A stretch of DNA of 64,000 nt from Tepidisphaera sp. (GTDB lineage: Bacteria > Planctomycetota > Phycisphaerae > Phycisphaerales > UBA1924), in NCBI GenBank assembly GCA_050916045.1, contig CP051526.1, positions 3,744,001 through 3,808,000 on the forward strand. Direction: 5' to 3'. A program made the position numbers and the translations under genes. Position 1 is the first letter of the stretch; each line of letters starts with the position of its first letter. The notes under the pieces were generated by a model. It was given only the letters and a program-made list of their open reading frames with translations, searched no databases and was not told where the DNA came from. This document shows, piece after piece, positions 28,370-38,934 of this stretch.

Positions 28370-29209
28370 TCACTCACCAGGAATGTACGAGATCGTGCCC
28401 TCCCACGGGCTGCTTGCGCTCGCGTAGAGCTTTTTCGGGATGCGCCCCGCGAGATAGCTTTGCCGGCCGGCAGTGCACGCGTGCCGCATGGCGTGGGCCA
28501 TCATCACCGGGTCCTTCGCATGGGCGATCGCAGTATTGAGAAGCACGCCGTCCGCGCCTAGTTCCATCGCGATGGAGACGTCGCTGGCCGAGCCGACGCC
28601 CGCATCGACGATCACCGGGTACGACGGGTCCCCCTGCTTGAGCAACTCCAAGCACAGGATGATGTTCGAGCGGTTGAGCACGCCTTGTCCGCTTCCGATC
28701 GGGCTGCCCGCGGGCATCACGCTCGCCGCGCCCGCTTCCTTGATGCGGAGGGCCGCGATGGGGTCATCGCTGGTGTACGCGAGGACCTTGAAGCCCTCCT
28801 TCACGAGGGTGCGAGTGGCTTCGATCGTGCCGGCGGGATCGGGGAGGAGCGTCTTCTTGTCGCCGAGCACTTCGAGCTTGACCCACGAGGCGCCGGGGTT
28901 GCCGAGCTGTTCGAGGAGGTCGCGTCCGAGCAGGGAGACACGGACGGCATCGTCGGCGGAGAAGCAGCCGGCGGTGTTGGGCAGGATGGTGTACCGCGAG
29001 AGGTCGATGAACTCCAGCAGACTTTTGCCTTGCTCGTTGAAGAGACGCTCGCGGCGGACGGCCACGGTGACGACCTGGCATCCCGAAGCGTCGAGGCTTT
29101 CCCGCATCAGCTCGGGGGTCTTGTACTTGCCGGTGCCGACGAAAAGACGGCTTGTGAACGACCGTCCCGCGATGGAGAATGGAGTCTGGCCGGGTTCGGT
29201 CGCGTGCAT
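28370..29209 (-). CDS. thiG: Thiazole synthase
   Basis: [58 protein letters not shown]. Confidence 0.97.
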   Translation of the reverse strand: MHATEPGQTPFSIAGRSFTSRLFVGTGKYKTPELMRESLDASGCQVVTVAVRRERLFNEQGKSLLEFIDLSRYTILPNTAGCFSADDAVRVSLLGRDLLEQLGNPGASWVKLEVLGDKKTLLPDPAGTIEATRTLVKEGFKVLAYTSDDPIAALRIKEAGAASVMPAGSPIGSGQGVLNRSNIILCLELLKQGDPSYPVIVDAGVGSASDVSIAMELGADGVLLNTAIAHAKDPVMMAHAMRHACTAGRQSYLAGRIPKKLYASASSPWEGTISYIPGE

Positions 29210-29259
29210 GCCCGAGGATATGCGCCGCTTGGTCGGGACAGACCGATTACACTCCGCCC

Positions 29260-30483
29260 GTGTTCATTCCGCTTGGAACCAGCGAAAGAGGCCGGACGGG
29301 CCGGAAGCGGCCCCCGATGGCGATCCCGGCGATCATCGCGCTGCAGGTGATCGTGTACGCGCTGATGCTGTCGCGGGGCGGGCAGGACCTGGAGACGCTG
29401 GACGGGATGCTCCGGCAATGGGGGTTTACCGGGTTGGACAAGCCGCTGGGGCTGGTGACGCACTCTTGGATCACCTTGGGGTTCTTCACGCTGATCGTGA
29501 ACGCGTTCTTTCTGGCTGCGATCGGGCTTGTGGTCGAGGAGCGGATCGGGGCAGTAGGGACCTTTCTGCTCTACCTCGCGGGCGGAGCGGGGTCCGGCCT
29601 TGCGCAGTGGGCGTTTTCCGGCGGGCTCGCGGGGGAAGCCGAGCGGGCGGGGAGCGGGATGCTGGCGATCGCGGGTCCGTTCGGGGCTTCGGCGGCGATC
29701 ACGGGGGCGTTTCTGGTGTTCGCGCCGGGGTCGCTGATCCGGATGCTGGTGATGTTCCCAGTCTTCGCGGTGTACGAGATTCCGGCGACGTGGTTTATCG
29801 CGGCGGCGGTGGCGAAGGATCTCTGGCTCGCGCCGGGCGGCATGGATCAGACGCTGGTGGGTTCGGGGTCGGGCATCGCGCTGGGCGCGGCGATCGCGAT
29901 GCTTCTGATCGTGGCCCGGGTGGTTCCCAAGCAGGACTTTGACCTCTTCCACGTGATCAGGCAGCGTCGCAGGCTCGCGCAGATCCGTGCGGCGTCGACC
30001 GACGTAGAGAACAGGCAAACCGAAGCACGCCGGCGGGCATCGGGCTTTGTGCCCGACCCGGTTCCGGAGGGGGAAGCGGCGCTGGCGCGGACGGAGTTCA
30101 CCGACCGGCTGGCGGCGGGCGATCTTGATGGGCTGGTCGCGGCGTTTCGCCGGTTCGCGGGGGTCACGGGAGAGCGGCCCCGGCCCTCGCTCAACCGCAG
30201 ATCGCACCTCGACGCCGCCAACACGCTTTTCGCGCGGGGCCGCAAGCTCGAAGCCGGAGAGCTTTACGCCCGGTTCCTCGAGGACTTCCCGGCGGACGCG
30301 GAAGCGTCGCACGTCAAGCTCATCCTCGCGGTGATCCATGCCCGGGTCGCCGGGCGGGCCCGTGACGCGGCGGCGCTCGTGGCCGGGCTTGAGAATCAGC
30401 TGACCGATGCGGACGATCTGGAGATCCTTGCGGACCTTCGCCGGGAGCTTGCGGGGTCGGCGAACGGACCGGCGGGCGGGTAG
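29260..30483 (+). CDS. Rhomboid-family membrane protein (probably inactive) with C-terminal TPR-like helices
   Basis: MFIPLG-type start, VEERIG...[16 protein letters not shown]; canonical AH.GG His not seen. Confidence 0.75.
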   Translation: MFIPLGTSERGRTGRKRPPMAIPAIIALQVIVYALMLSRGGQDLETLDGMLRQWGFTGLDKPLGLVTHSWITLGFFTLIVNAFFLAAIGLVVEERIGAVGTFLLYLAGGAGSGLAQWAFSGGLAGEAERAGSGMLAIAGPFGASAAITGAFLVFAPGSLIRMLVMFPVFAVYEIPATWFIAAAVAKDLWLAPGGMDQTLVGSGSGIALGAAIAMLLIVARVVPKQDFDLFHVIRQRRRLAQIRAASTDVENRQTEARRRASGFVPDPVPEGEAALARTEFTDRLAAGDLDGLVAAFRRFAGVTGERPRPSLNRRSHLDAANTLFARGRKLEAGELYARFLEDFPADAEASHVKLILAVIHARVAGRARDAAALVAGLENQLTDADDLEILADLRRELAGSANGPAGG

Positions 30484-30510
30484 CGGGTTTCCAACACGAA
30501 AGGCGGACCG

Positions 30511-31143
30511 ATGGGACGCACACGGATCAAGATCTGCGGCATCAAGGACACCGAGACCGCACTGGTGGCGGCGCGGGCGGGCGCGGACGCGGTGGGGTTC
30601 ATCTTCGCCAAGAACAGCCCGCGGTACATCGACCCCGATGACGCTCAGGACATCATGTTCGCTCTGCCGCCGATGGTCGCGAGCGTGGGCGTGTTCATGA
30701 ACCACTCTCCGGACGCGTTCACCGACATCGAGGAGAGCTGCCCGACCACGCACACGCAGCTCCACGGCAACGAGGACGAGCGCGTCGTGCAGCAGTGCGG
30801 GCCGGCGATCAAAGCCATCCGGTACGGCGAATCGACGATCGCGGCGGACATCAAGCGGTGGGCTGGCTGCGAGGATGTCGAGGCCCTGCTTATCGACGGC
30901 CCGACACCCGGCGAAGGGATCACGTTCAAGTGGGAGCTCCTGCCGCCGCTGCTCGCGGGGGTCGAGATCCCGGTCTTTCTCGCGGGCGGGCTGACGCCGG
31001 CGAACGTCGCGGAAGCGATCCGGATCGTGAGGCCGTACGGCGTGGATGTGTCCAGCGGCGTGGAAAGCTCGCGCGGCGTCAAGGACCACCGGCTGATCGA
31101 GAAGTTCTGCGAAGCGGTCCGCCGGGCGGACCTGACGAGCTAA
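30511..31143 (+). CDS. trpF: Phosphoribosylanthranilate isomerase
   Basis: IKICGI, GADAVGFIF..SPR, QLHGNE, LAGGLTPANV, GVDVSSGVE. Confidence 0.96.
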   Translation: MGRTRIKICGIKDTETALVAARAGADAVGFIFAKNSPRYIDPDDAQDIMFALPPMVASVGVFMNHSPDAFTDIEESCPTTHTQLHGNEDERVVQQCGPAIKAIRYGESTIAADIKRWAGCEDVEALLIDGPTPGEGITFKWELLPPLLAGVEIPVFLAGGLTPANVAEAIRIVRPYGVDVSSGVESSRGVKDHRLIEKFCEAVRRADLTS

Positions 31144-31183
31144 CCGGGCCAGCGAAGCAGGCGGGCCGACTGGTGGTTCGCGA

Positions 31184-33163
31184 TCACTTCAGGTCGGTGT
31201 TGGGCCGGACGCGATTGGCTTCCCGGTCGGCGATCTCGCGGGCGCGGCGTTCGCGGAAGTCCTTCATGCCCGCGGGCTCGGGGAACCGCGCGGCAAAGGA
31301 CCTGCCGCCGGCTTTCGCGCCCTCGGCGATGATGTTGCCCCAGATCCGCTGGAGAAGGTCGAACGCGTACTGGCGAAGCCAGTCGGGTGCCTGCGTGTAG
31401 GCGATCTCGGCCTGCTCTGTGGGGAGCAGGACGATGTACGACACGTAGAGCGAGCCGACGAGATTCTCGAAGGTGTCGCCGAGGACGCCCATGCGCGGGT
31501 CGGCGGTGATGGCGGAGAGGCGTTCCTGCTTGGACTTGAAGTACGCCATGTACTGCCGGGCGTAGGAGATCTGCGAGTTGAAGCCTTCGGCGTCCTGGTT
31601 GATGAGCGCGATGATCGCGCCCTGCACCGCGCCGGTGACCTCGGAGATCGCGACGCTCGGGGAGGTCTGGCGGTCCCAGAGCTCCTTGATGACGAACTCA
31701 TCGAGAGGGAGAGACAGGATGTCGGCGCGCTCGGGATCGGTGAGGTTCTGGCCCGGCCACTCGCGGAGGACCTTCTGGTAGTACTCGGCCCGCTGCCGGT
31801 CGCCGCGGCGGTAGAAGTACCGGATGGCGTCCTTCATGAAGTTCTCGTACCCGGCGGAGTAGTAGGAATACCCGCGTTCCCAGAGCTGGTCGACCTTGGA
31901 CCGCTGCCGGAGTTCCTCGATGATCTCGCCGTAGGTGTCGACGAAGTTGGGCTCGATCACGGCCATGTAGTAGCCGGTCGCTCGCGGGTCGAGCTCGAGA
32001 GCGAGGTAGTCGATGTAGATCGAGCCCGTGCGGAAGAGCTCCTGCACGGCCTGGATCACGATGCGGTCGGTGTTGACGAAGTCAAAGTCCTGCGAGGTGC
32101 GAGCTTCGGCGCGCGGGATGGCGGCTTCAACGCCGGTCGCGGCCCAGTAGAGCGCGTGGGCCGCGGGGTTTCGCCAGTCGATGGGGCCGTACTTCTGCGT
32201 GTACCGGATCATCACGTTGGGATCCATGTGGTACTGCTCGCGGACGACCCGCGAGCGCACGAACGCGAGAAGGCGGGGCCAAGCTTTGGCGTAGGCGGGA
32301 TCCTCGATGAGCTGTCGGAAGACGACGTTCTTGGGGCCCATGGGGTTGACGGACTCGGCCGCGTCGCGGAGTCCCCAGGTGACCATGGCCCGGTCGATTT
32401 CGTAGTGGGCGAGGGTTTCGTAGTCGAACTCGGCGCGGAGGCCGTTGGCTTTGATCTTGTCGACGAGCTCCCGGATGGCTTCGCCCTCGGGGCCGGCGAA
32501 AAGAGCTTCGAAGGTCGCGGGCGCTTCGGCGATGGGCTTCAGCCACTCGACGAAGCGTTCGACGGCACCCTCGCGGGTGCGGACGGCGGAATCGAATCTC
32601 GGCGGAGCGCCGAGGACGACCTGCCACTCCTTGGCGTGCATCTTCTTGTAGTAGATGTTCGCGTCGTCGGTGATCCCCTGGATCTTGTGCAGGAAGATCC
32701 AGGCGAGTTCCTTGGAGACCAGCAGGTCCGCGGGGTTGTACTTGAGCGCATCGCCACGGAGCAGATCGATGCCCTGGCGGACCCAGTTCCAGCGTTCCTG
32801 GCCTGTCTGCGTGGTGACGGAGATGTTGTACGCGAGGTTCCACGCGTGGAAGACCCACGCGCGGGGGAAGCGAGGCTGGAGCGTCGTGATCGCTTTGGCG
32901 AGCTCGACGGCTTCGTGGTGACGGCCGGCTTCCTTGAGCTCGTTGGCCCGCATCCAGAGGAAGTTGACGAAGACGCCGCGGAAGGCGCCCATGGCGATGC
33001 CGAGGGCGACCTGGGGCGGCTGGCCTTCGGAAGCGTCGGTGGTGTAGACGAGCTTGTGACGGGCTTGCTGGGCGGAAAGATCGACCGCGAAAACACCCGA
33101 CCCGGCGAGGCATCCCGCCATCACCGTCAGGGCTCCGAGTTGAACTTTCGTGTCATGCCGCAT
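31184..33163 (-). CDS. Membrane-anchored alpha-helical protein of unknown function (PVC-type family)
   Basis: N-terminal anchor; MGAFRGVFVNFLWMRANELK...ITTLQPRF..W.F.AWNLAYNISV and YGPIDWR..AHALYW blocks; last gene of the SPFH/ABC operon. Confidence 0.75.
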   Translation of the reverse strand: MRHDTKVQLGALTVMAGCLAGSGVFAVDLSAQQARHKLVYTTDASEGQPPQVALGIAMGAFRGVFVNFLWMRANELKEAGRHHEAVELAKAITTLQPRFPRAWVFHAWNLAYNISVTTQTGQERWNWVRQGIDLLRGDALKYNPADLLVSKELAWIFLHKIQGITDDANIYYKKMHAKEWQVVLGAPPRFDSAVRTREGAVERFVEWLKPIAEAPATFEALFAGPEGEAIRELVDKIKANGLRAEFDYETLAHYEIDRAMVTWGLRDAAESVNPMGPKNVVFRQLIEDPAYAKAWPRLLAFVRSRVVREQYHMDPNVMIRYTQKYGPIDWRNPAAHALYWAATGVEAAIPRAEARTSQDFDFVNTDRIVIQAVQELFRTGSIYIDYLALELDPRATGYYMAVIEPNFVDTYGEIIEELRQRSKVDQLWERGYSYYSAGYENFMKDAIRYFYRRGDRQRAEYYQKVLREWPGQNLTDPERADILSLPLDEFVIKELWDRQTSPSVAISEVTGAVQGAIIALINQDAEGFNSQISYARQYMAYFKSKQERLSAITADPRMGVLGDTFENLVGSLYVSYIVLLPTEQAEIAYTQAPDWLRQYAFDLLQRIWGNIIAEGAKAGGRSFAARFPEPAGMKDFRERRAREIADREANRVRPNTDLK

Positions 33164-33208
33164 GGATTGAGCCTTCGAAAGGACCGGCGCCGCCGCCGGA
33201 CCGGAGTC

Positions 33209-35170
33209 TTACTGACCGGAATACATCGCCAGTTCGCGCTTCCTGAAGATCGCGGTCGCGAGCCCGAAGAGCACGACCGTAAAGAGGGCCAGGAACGTCA
33301 GGCCCGTCGCCACCTCGGACCACGACAGAAGCAGGCCGTCGACAAGCCGCTGGGTGGGCTGAAGGTCCCCGTAGGCTTTGAACGCGCCCGAGGTCGCTTC
33401 CGCGACTCGGACGACGATCCACTTCCAAAGCACGATCTGGTTCTGGTTGTCGCGGTCGTCAAAGACCTCGAGAGCCTTGGTGATCGAGGTCGACCACTCG
33501 GCCATCAGGAAGATGCCGAAGGAGACGAGCGTCGCGACGGGGAAGGACAGGAAGGTGCCGGCGAAGATCCCCGCCATCGCGAGAAACGCGAGCTTGACCC
33601 ACAGGGCGACCATCACGCGCACGAAGTTGACCCGGTAGCTTCCGACCGAGTACGAGAGGATCAGACCGCTCTTCGGGAAGGTGACCGTTTCGGGGTTGAC
33701 GCGGCCGGTGCTGCCATCGCCGTAGAGAGCGCCGTTGAAGATGCTCATGACGACCGTGCCGTCGTCCCGGATGACCGTCGGAGGCAGGATGTGCGTCTGG
33801 TACTGGCCGAGGGGCGCATCCTTCACGAAGAACCCGAAGTTCTCGATGCCGAAGGTGATCTTGAACACCTTGTCCGGCGAATTGGAGCCCGAATCCACGC
33901 GGAACCGGAAGATCAGCGGCAAGTTCCGATCGCGGGCCGTCTCAAGACCCTTGAAGGTGAACTCCTTGCCCGTGGGGATGGGCTCGATCTGGCGGTACAC
34001 CGTCTCCATCTGCTTGATGAGGCTGATGGCGACGTCGGCGCGGTTTCTGGGATCCTGCGTGTCGAAAGCGGCGTTGGTCTTCTTCAGTTCCTCGAGGTAG
34101 TTGTCGAGGATCGCCGCGAACTCCTGCGGGTCGCGCTCGGCGAGGTTGAAGTTCTCGTTCTCGACCATGACCCGGGCGGTAAGGATCTGGGACTCAAGCC
34201 ACTGACGATCCTCGGACATGCCGCCGTTGATGGCTTTGAACGGGCCCGACTCGCCGTGGGCCGGCTGGTTGCGGAGAAACTCGACGAAGAGGAAGGTCCC
34301 AAGGCCGGAAACCGTGAGGAGCGCCGCCGCGAGGGTGACGATCCCGATCCACTTGCCGAGGATGTATTGCCAGGCCGCGATCGGCTTGGTCATGGTCTGC
34401 CAGATCACCTTGTCGCGCTGCTCGGTCGCCACGGTCGAAACCGAGAAGAGCACGATGAGGAGCGCGACGATCCAGAACGTGCCGCCGGTGGCGTACTGGA
34501 GGAAGCTCTGCACCCGGTAGCGGAGCGGGGTTTCGGGGTCCAGGAGGCTGGGCAGAGCGGCCAGCGCGAACATCAGGACGCCGATGAACAGGACGGAGAG
34601 CTTCAGCCGCGTCGCTTCCGCGATCACGTTCTTGGCCACCGCGAACATCGCTCCGGGGAGGGAGAGGAGCAGCGAGGCGCCGCGCATGATGACCGTGAAT
34701 GCGACCGTCAGCGAGAGGATGCCGCCAAGCAGGCGGCCCCACTCCTTCGTAACCGGAGAGAGGGACATCGGCCAGACGATCAGGGCCGCGACCAAAGCCA
34801 GGCCGAGGATCGACATGCCGATGCCGAGCCAGACCGCCGCGACGAGCACGCCCGTGGCCGCGAAGATGCCCACGGCCACGCTGGTGAGGTCACCCTGGGC
34901 TCCGGTGAAGGCTTCGAGCGATTTGTTGAATCGCTCGACCTCGCTTTTCATGCGGTCGTAGTCGTCCTGGGTGACGCCTTCTGGCCCGTTGACCTTGAGG
35001 TCGGGGTTGAGGCCGATTGCCAGGGGGTTGACGGCGTCGCCCTGGGGCTGGTTGACCCAGATCGTGACGAACGCTCCGATGCCGAGCAGCACGAGGACGA
35101 TCGTCGCGATGATCATGAACCCGCGCGACTTCTGGAGCCGGTCGATCCTGCCGAACCACTCGCCGATCAT
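33209..35170 (-). CDS. ABC-2 type transporter permease with large extracytoplasmic domains
   Basis: Multiple TMs; TEQRDKVIWQTMTKPIAAWQYILGKWIG ABC-2 permease motif. Confidence 0.85.
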   Translation of the reverse strand: MIGEWFGRIDRLQKSRGFMIIATIVLVLLGIGAFVTIWVNQPQGDAVNPLAIGLNPDLKVNGPEGVTQDDYDRMKSEVERFNKSLEAFTGAQGDLTSVAVGIFAATGVLVAAVWLGIGMSILGLALVAALIVWPMSLSPVTKEWGRLLGGILSLTVAFTVIMRGASLLLSLPGAMFAVAKNVIAEATRLKLSVLFIGVLMFALAALPSLLDPETPLRYRVQSFLQYATGGTFWIVALLIVLFSVSTVATEQRDKVIWQTMTKPIAAWQYILGKWIGIVTLAAALLTVSGLGTFLFVEFLRNQPAHGESGPFKAINGGMSEDRQWLESQILTARVMVENENFNLAERDPQEFAAILDNYLEELKKTNAAFDTQDPRNRADVAISLIKQMETVYRQIEPIPTGKEFTFKGLETARDRNLPLIFRFRVDSGSNSPDKVFKITFGIENFGFFVKDAPLGQYQTHILPPTVIRDDGTVVMSIFNGALYGDGSTGRVNPETVTFPKSGLILSYSVGSYRVNFVRVMVALWVKLAFLAMAGIFAGTFLSFPVATLVSFGIFLMAEWSTSITKALEVFDDRDNQNQIVLWKWIVVRVAEATSGAFKAYGDLQPTQRLVDGLLLSWSEVATGLTFLALFTVVLFGLATAIFRKRELAMYSGQ

Positions 35171-36366
35171 GCTCCGCCGCCCTTCGGACGCTCGCCGTCA
35201 CCGCCGCCCGAGAGGAGCGAATCGATGACCGAGCGGTTGACATCCTTCGGCGGCTCGACGGGGAGCTTGGCCTGGGCCGCGGGCTTGGCTTCCTCGACAG
35301 GCTTGAGGAGCGACTCGAGGACCCCGCGATCGGGGCCCGTCGCGGCGGGCGCGGCCGGAGCGGCGGCGACTGCAGTCTCGGCGAGAGAAGGCTCGCTGGA
35401 AGCACGGACGAGGCGATCAACCAGGCCGGCTTGGCTCTCATCGGCCCGGAGGAACGCCGCGGTCTGTCCGCCGGCGGTGGCGCCGGACGTCTGGACCTGC
35501 TGGGCCCGGGCCCGCTCGACGATGCTGAGGAAGAGTTCTTCGAGCTTCTGACGGGGGCGAGTGACGCTGAGGATGGACTTGTTGCCGTGGGTGCGTCGGC
35601 GGATGACCTCGTCGATCTCGGCGATGGTGGCGTCGTCGAGGGGCTCGGCTTCGATCGTGACGCGTTCCTGGCGCTCGAGCAGGGTCTCGCAGGTGCCCTC
35701 CTCGCGCTTCTGGCCGCCGTAGAGCACGATCATGCGGGAGACGCAATCCTCGACGTCGGCGAGGAGGTGGCTTGAGAGGAGGATGGTCTTTCCGCGGCGG
35801 CCGAGCTCGATGATGAGGTCCTTGACCTGTCGCGTACCGAGCGGGTCAAGGCCGGTGGTCGGCTCGTCGAGGATGAGGAACTCGGGGTCGTTGATCAGGG
35901 CCTGGGCGATGCCGATGCGTCGCTGCATGCCCTTGGAATACTCGCGGACGGGCCGGAACTGAGCTCCGGTGAGTCCCACCATGTCCAGGAGTTCGTCGAT
36001 GCGCTTCTCGCGGGTGCGGCGGTCGAGTTCGAAGAGCTTGGCGTAGTAATCGAGGGTTTCGCGGGCGTTGAGGAACTGGTAGAGGTAGGACTCTTCGGGG
36101 AGGTATCCGATGCGGCGCTTGGTCTCGACGTCGGTCGGCGGGCGACCGAAGACGGCGATGCGGCCGGAGGAGGGCCGGAGCAGCCCCAGGATCATCTTGA
36201 TGGTCGTGCTTTTGCCCGAGCCGTTGGGGCCCAGGAGGCCGAAGATCTCGCCGCGATCGATCTGGAACGAGAGGTTCTCGACGGCCCGGGCGCGGGCCCG
36301 CATCCAGAAATCGCGGAAGGTCCGTGTGAGCTGCTGGCAAACGACCACGGGCTGAGTCTGGTTCAC
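35167..36366 (-). CDS. ABC transporter ATP-binding protein
   Basis: GPNGSGKST, YSKGMQRR, ILDEPTTGLD, SSHLL; long C-terminal extension; GTG start. Confidence 0.95.
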   Translation of the reverse strand: MNQTQPVVVCQQLTRTFRDFWMRARARAVENLSFQIDRGEIFGLLGPNGSGKSTTIKMILGLLRPSSGRIAVFGRPPTDVETKRRIGYLPEESYLYQFLNARETLDYYAKLFELDRRTREKRIDELLDMVGLTGAQFRPVREYSKGMQRRIGIAQALINDPEFLILDEPTTGLDPLGTRQVKDLIIELGRRGKTILLSSHLLADVEDCVSRMIVLYGGQKREEGTCETLLERQERVTIEAEPLDDATIAEIDEVIRRRTHGNKSILSVTRPRQKLEELFLSIVERARAQQVQTSGATAGGQTAAFLRADESQAGLVDRLVRASSEPSLAETAVAAAPAAPAATGPDRGVLESLLKPVEEAKPAAQAKLPVEPPKDVNRSVIDSLLSGGGDGERPKGGGA

Positions 36367-36406
36367 GAACGGGCTCCCTTCCGGCCGCGGGGCCGGTTCA
36401 TCACTG

Positions 36407-37828
36407 TCACTGACTCACGGTCGTGGAGTCCTTGGGCCGGTGGCGCTCGGTCATCAACGCGTTCATCCGGTCGACGGCGGCCCTGTCGGCTTCGCGCTTC
36501 TTGATGTCGCGGATGATCTCCTTCATGATCTCCGGATCGCGGTTGAGCGCGAGGTCGATCGACTTGACGCCGTCGGGCACGAGCATGACCTGAACGTCCT
36601 GACGCGAGAGGAAGCCGCGGACGGAGTCGGCCACCTCGTTCGCGAGGGTCAGACGGGGGTTGATCTTGTACTGGGCGAGCTTCTGGGCGTAACGCTCGTA
36701 CTCGGAACGGCGGCGGGTGGTGACCTCGGACCGGTACTGCTTGGCTTCGGAGACGATGGAAGCGACGACGCCGCTCTGGATGCCCGGGACGGCGGCACCA
36801 TCGACCTGGATGGGCTCGCCGGACATCATGGTGTTGATCTGGTTGAGGATCTCTTCGGGCTTGCGGGTGCCGCGGCCCTCAATGGCGACCTCGTACTCGT
36901 CGAGGAGCTTGCGGAGCGGCTCGACGCTGTCGCCGGCGAGGCTGGTCAGAAGCGTCTGGGCGGTGGACTCGGCCAAAGCCATCTGCTTGGTCGCGTCCGA
37001 CACCGAGCCTTGGACGGCGTTGAACCGTTCGCGGACCCAGAGCGGCGGCGTGACGTTCTCGAGCAGGACCTGCTGAAGGCGAATGCCGGACTTCACACGG
37101 TCGAGCTGAGCTTGCGCGATCGCTTTGGCTTTGGCCGCGACGCTGCCGAGATCTCCGCCGGTCTGGCGGAGAAGCTCATCGATATTGACCTTGGCGCACG
37201 CCTGAACGACACCGCGCTTGACGGCGGATTTCACCAGATCGCGCTCCATCTCGGGAAGCACGTTCTGGGCCCACTGAGCGTGGTTGTCGCGCGAGTACAG
37301 GATCTTCCACTGCGTATGCGCGAGGTTGCCGTCGGCCGTGAGGTTCGATCCGCCCTGACCCGGAGTCAGGTTCGGCATCTTGGTAAGCATGTCGATCGGC
37401 TTGGTGAGGTCGGATTCGCTGGCCGCGAAGACCCAGAACTCACGGTCGAGCTTGAGCTCGGCCTGGCCGATGTCGACGCGGATCAGCTCGCCGACGGGGT
37501 AAGGCGGGCTGAGGGACAGGCCGGGCTCGACGTCGGACTTGCTGATGGCGCCGAAGAGCAGGCGGATGCCGCGTTCGTTCTCCTGCACCGACTGTGAACC
37601 GCTGACGACGAAGAGGCCCGCGAGCACAAGCATGCCGGCCTGGATCAGTCGAAGGGTGATCCGCAGAGCGTCCGCGAGCGACTGGTTCGCCGGGTCGAGA
37701 AGCTCGCTGTCGTTACCGGTGCTGTTGCCGCTGCGAAGGGTGACGCCAGTAGGACGGCTTCGGCCCGGCGGGCCTCCGCTGCCCGTGGGCCCGTCGGCCG
37801 CGCGGAGAATGCGGATCAGGTCGTTCAC
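36407..37828 (-). CDS. SPFH/Band 7 protein (HflK-like)
   Basis: TM then SVQENERGIRLLFG, PYPVGE, LTADGNLAH, PPLWVRERFNAV, AKQYRSEV. Confidence 0.8.
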   Translation of the reverse strand: MNDLIRILRAADGPTGSGGPPGRSRPTGVTLRSGNSTGNDSELLDPANQSLADALRITLRLIQAGMLVLAGLFVVSGSQSVQENERGIRLLFGAISKSDVEPGLSLSPPYPVGELIRVDIGQAELKLDREFWVFAASESDLTKPIDMLTKMPNLTPGQGGSNLTADGNLAHTQWKILYSRDNHAQWAQNVLPEMERDLVKSAVKRGVVQACAKVNIDELLRQTGGDLGSVAAKAKAIAQAQLDRVKSGIRLQQVLLENVTPPLWVRERFNAVQGSVSDATKQMALAESTAQTLLTSLAGDSVEPLRKLLDEYEVAIEGRGTRKPEEILNQINTMMSGEPIQVDGAAVPGIQSGVVASIVSEAKQYRSEVTTRRRSEYERYAQKLAQYKINPRLTLANEVADSVRGFLSRQDVQVMLVPDGVKSIDLALNRDPEIMKEIIRDIKKREADRAAVDRMNALMTERHRPKDSTTVSQ

Positions 37829-38877
37829 TTGGCACCCCCGGTCGCGGGCTTCTTGCCGCCGGCTTCATCGATCTCACGCATCATCAGATCGACGTAGTCG
37901 CCCTTGATGGCGCGGAGGATGGGGCTGGTGGTCGGCAGAACGAGGGTGGTTTCCTTGCGGCCCTGCACCTGCTTGAGCATCTCGACCTCGACGAGGAACT
38001 GCGCGAGAGCGGGATTCTCCTGCTGCATGGAGTAGTAGCGTTCGGCTTCCTTGTCGCCCTTGGCGCGGATCTCAGCGGCGAGCTGGCGGGCGAAGCTCTC
38101 GATGCGGCGGGCGTCGGACTCGGCTTTGGTCTTGACGCCCTCGGCTTTGGATTCGGCGTTGGCGGTGATGGCTTTGGCTTTGGCGTTCTGGGTCTCGGCC
38201 ATGCGCTCGAAGACTTTGGTGGTGGTTTCCTGGGGGAGAGCGATCTGGCTGATGCCGACGTCGACGACCTCGATGCCCATGGTGGCGAGGGTGATCTCAC
38301 CGCCGGCGGGCGTGCCCTCGACGGCTTTGGGGGCTTTGGCCGCGAGGTTGGAGAGGACATCGCGTTCGAGCTCGCCCAGACCGTCGACGTTCTGGTCGGC
38401 GTTGAAGAGGCGGCCGAGTTCGAACTTGCTGACTGCGCCCATGGCGTTGCGGAGGTTGGACTTCACGGTGTCGTCGGCGATGCGGTAGTGCTCGCTGGGG
38501 GCGCCGCCGGCGCTGCTGAAGCGCTGGAAGAACGCGAGCGGGTCGCTGACGCGCCAGACGCAGAAGGACTCGACGATGATCTGGCGCCCGTCCTTGGTCT
38601 GCTGGGTTTCCAGGCGGACCTGGCTGACGCGCGGACGCGTGTCGTAGGTCGTGACGGAGTCCATGAGCGGAATCTTGAACCGAAGGCCCGGGTCACGCTT
38701 GACCGAGTCGGCCCCGGCCGAGCCGAACCGGGTCTTGACGCCCGCTTCGGTGAACCGGATCGTGTACGTCATCGTGTACGCGAGGAGGAAGACCGCCACC
38801 ACCAACGCCAGAATGTAGAGTCCGAACTTTCTCACAACCTGCTCCAGTCTTTGTCGCCCGTCGTTCCGGGACGTCAT
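37825..38877 (-). CDS. SPFH/Band 7 protein (HflC-like)
   Basis: TRFG..PGLRFKIP, TKDGRQI..WRVSDP, GIEVVDVGISQIALP, VFERM, IRAKGD..A..Y. Confidence 0.85.
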   Translation of the reverse strand: MTSRNDGRQRLEQVVRKFGLYILALVVAVFLLAYTMTYTIRFTEAGVKTRFGSAGADSVKRDPGLRFKIPLMDSVTTYDTRPRVSQVRLETQQTKDGRQIIVESFCVWRVSDPLAFFQRFSSAGGAPSEHYRIADDTVKSNLRNAMGAVSKFELGRLFNADQNVDGLGELERDVLSNLAAKAPKAVEGTPAGGEITLATMGIEVVDVGISQIALPQETTTKVFERMAETQNAKAKAITANAESKAEGVKTKAESDARRIESFARQLAAEIRAKGDKEAERYYSMQQENPALAQFLVEVEMLKQVQGRKETTLVLPTTSPILRAIKGDYVDLMMREIDEAGGKKPATGGAK

Positions 38878-38934
38878 CTTCGTTCGATCAAGTTTCTCGC
38901 CACTCAGGGATCTCAGACCCGTTCACCCGCCGCT

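Noticed and set aside
32156..35551. Very long + strand ORF (also 11650..13203, 39472..42474, 43394..45634, 45938..48907, 29107..31089)
   Set aside because: Antisense or alternate-frame shadows of well-supported genes, expected in high-GC DNA
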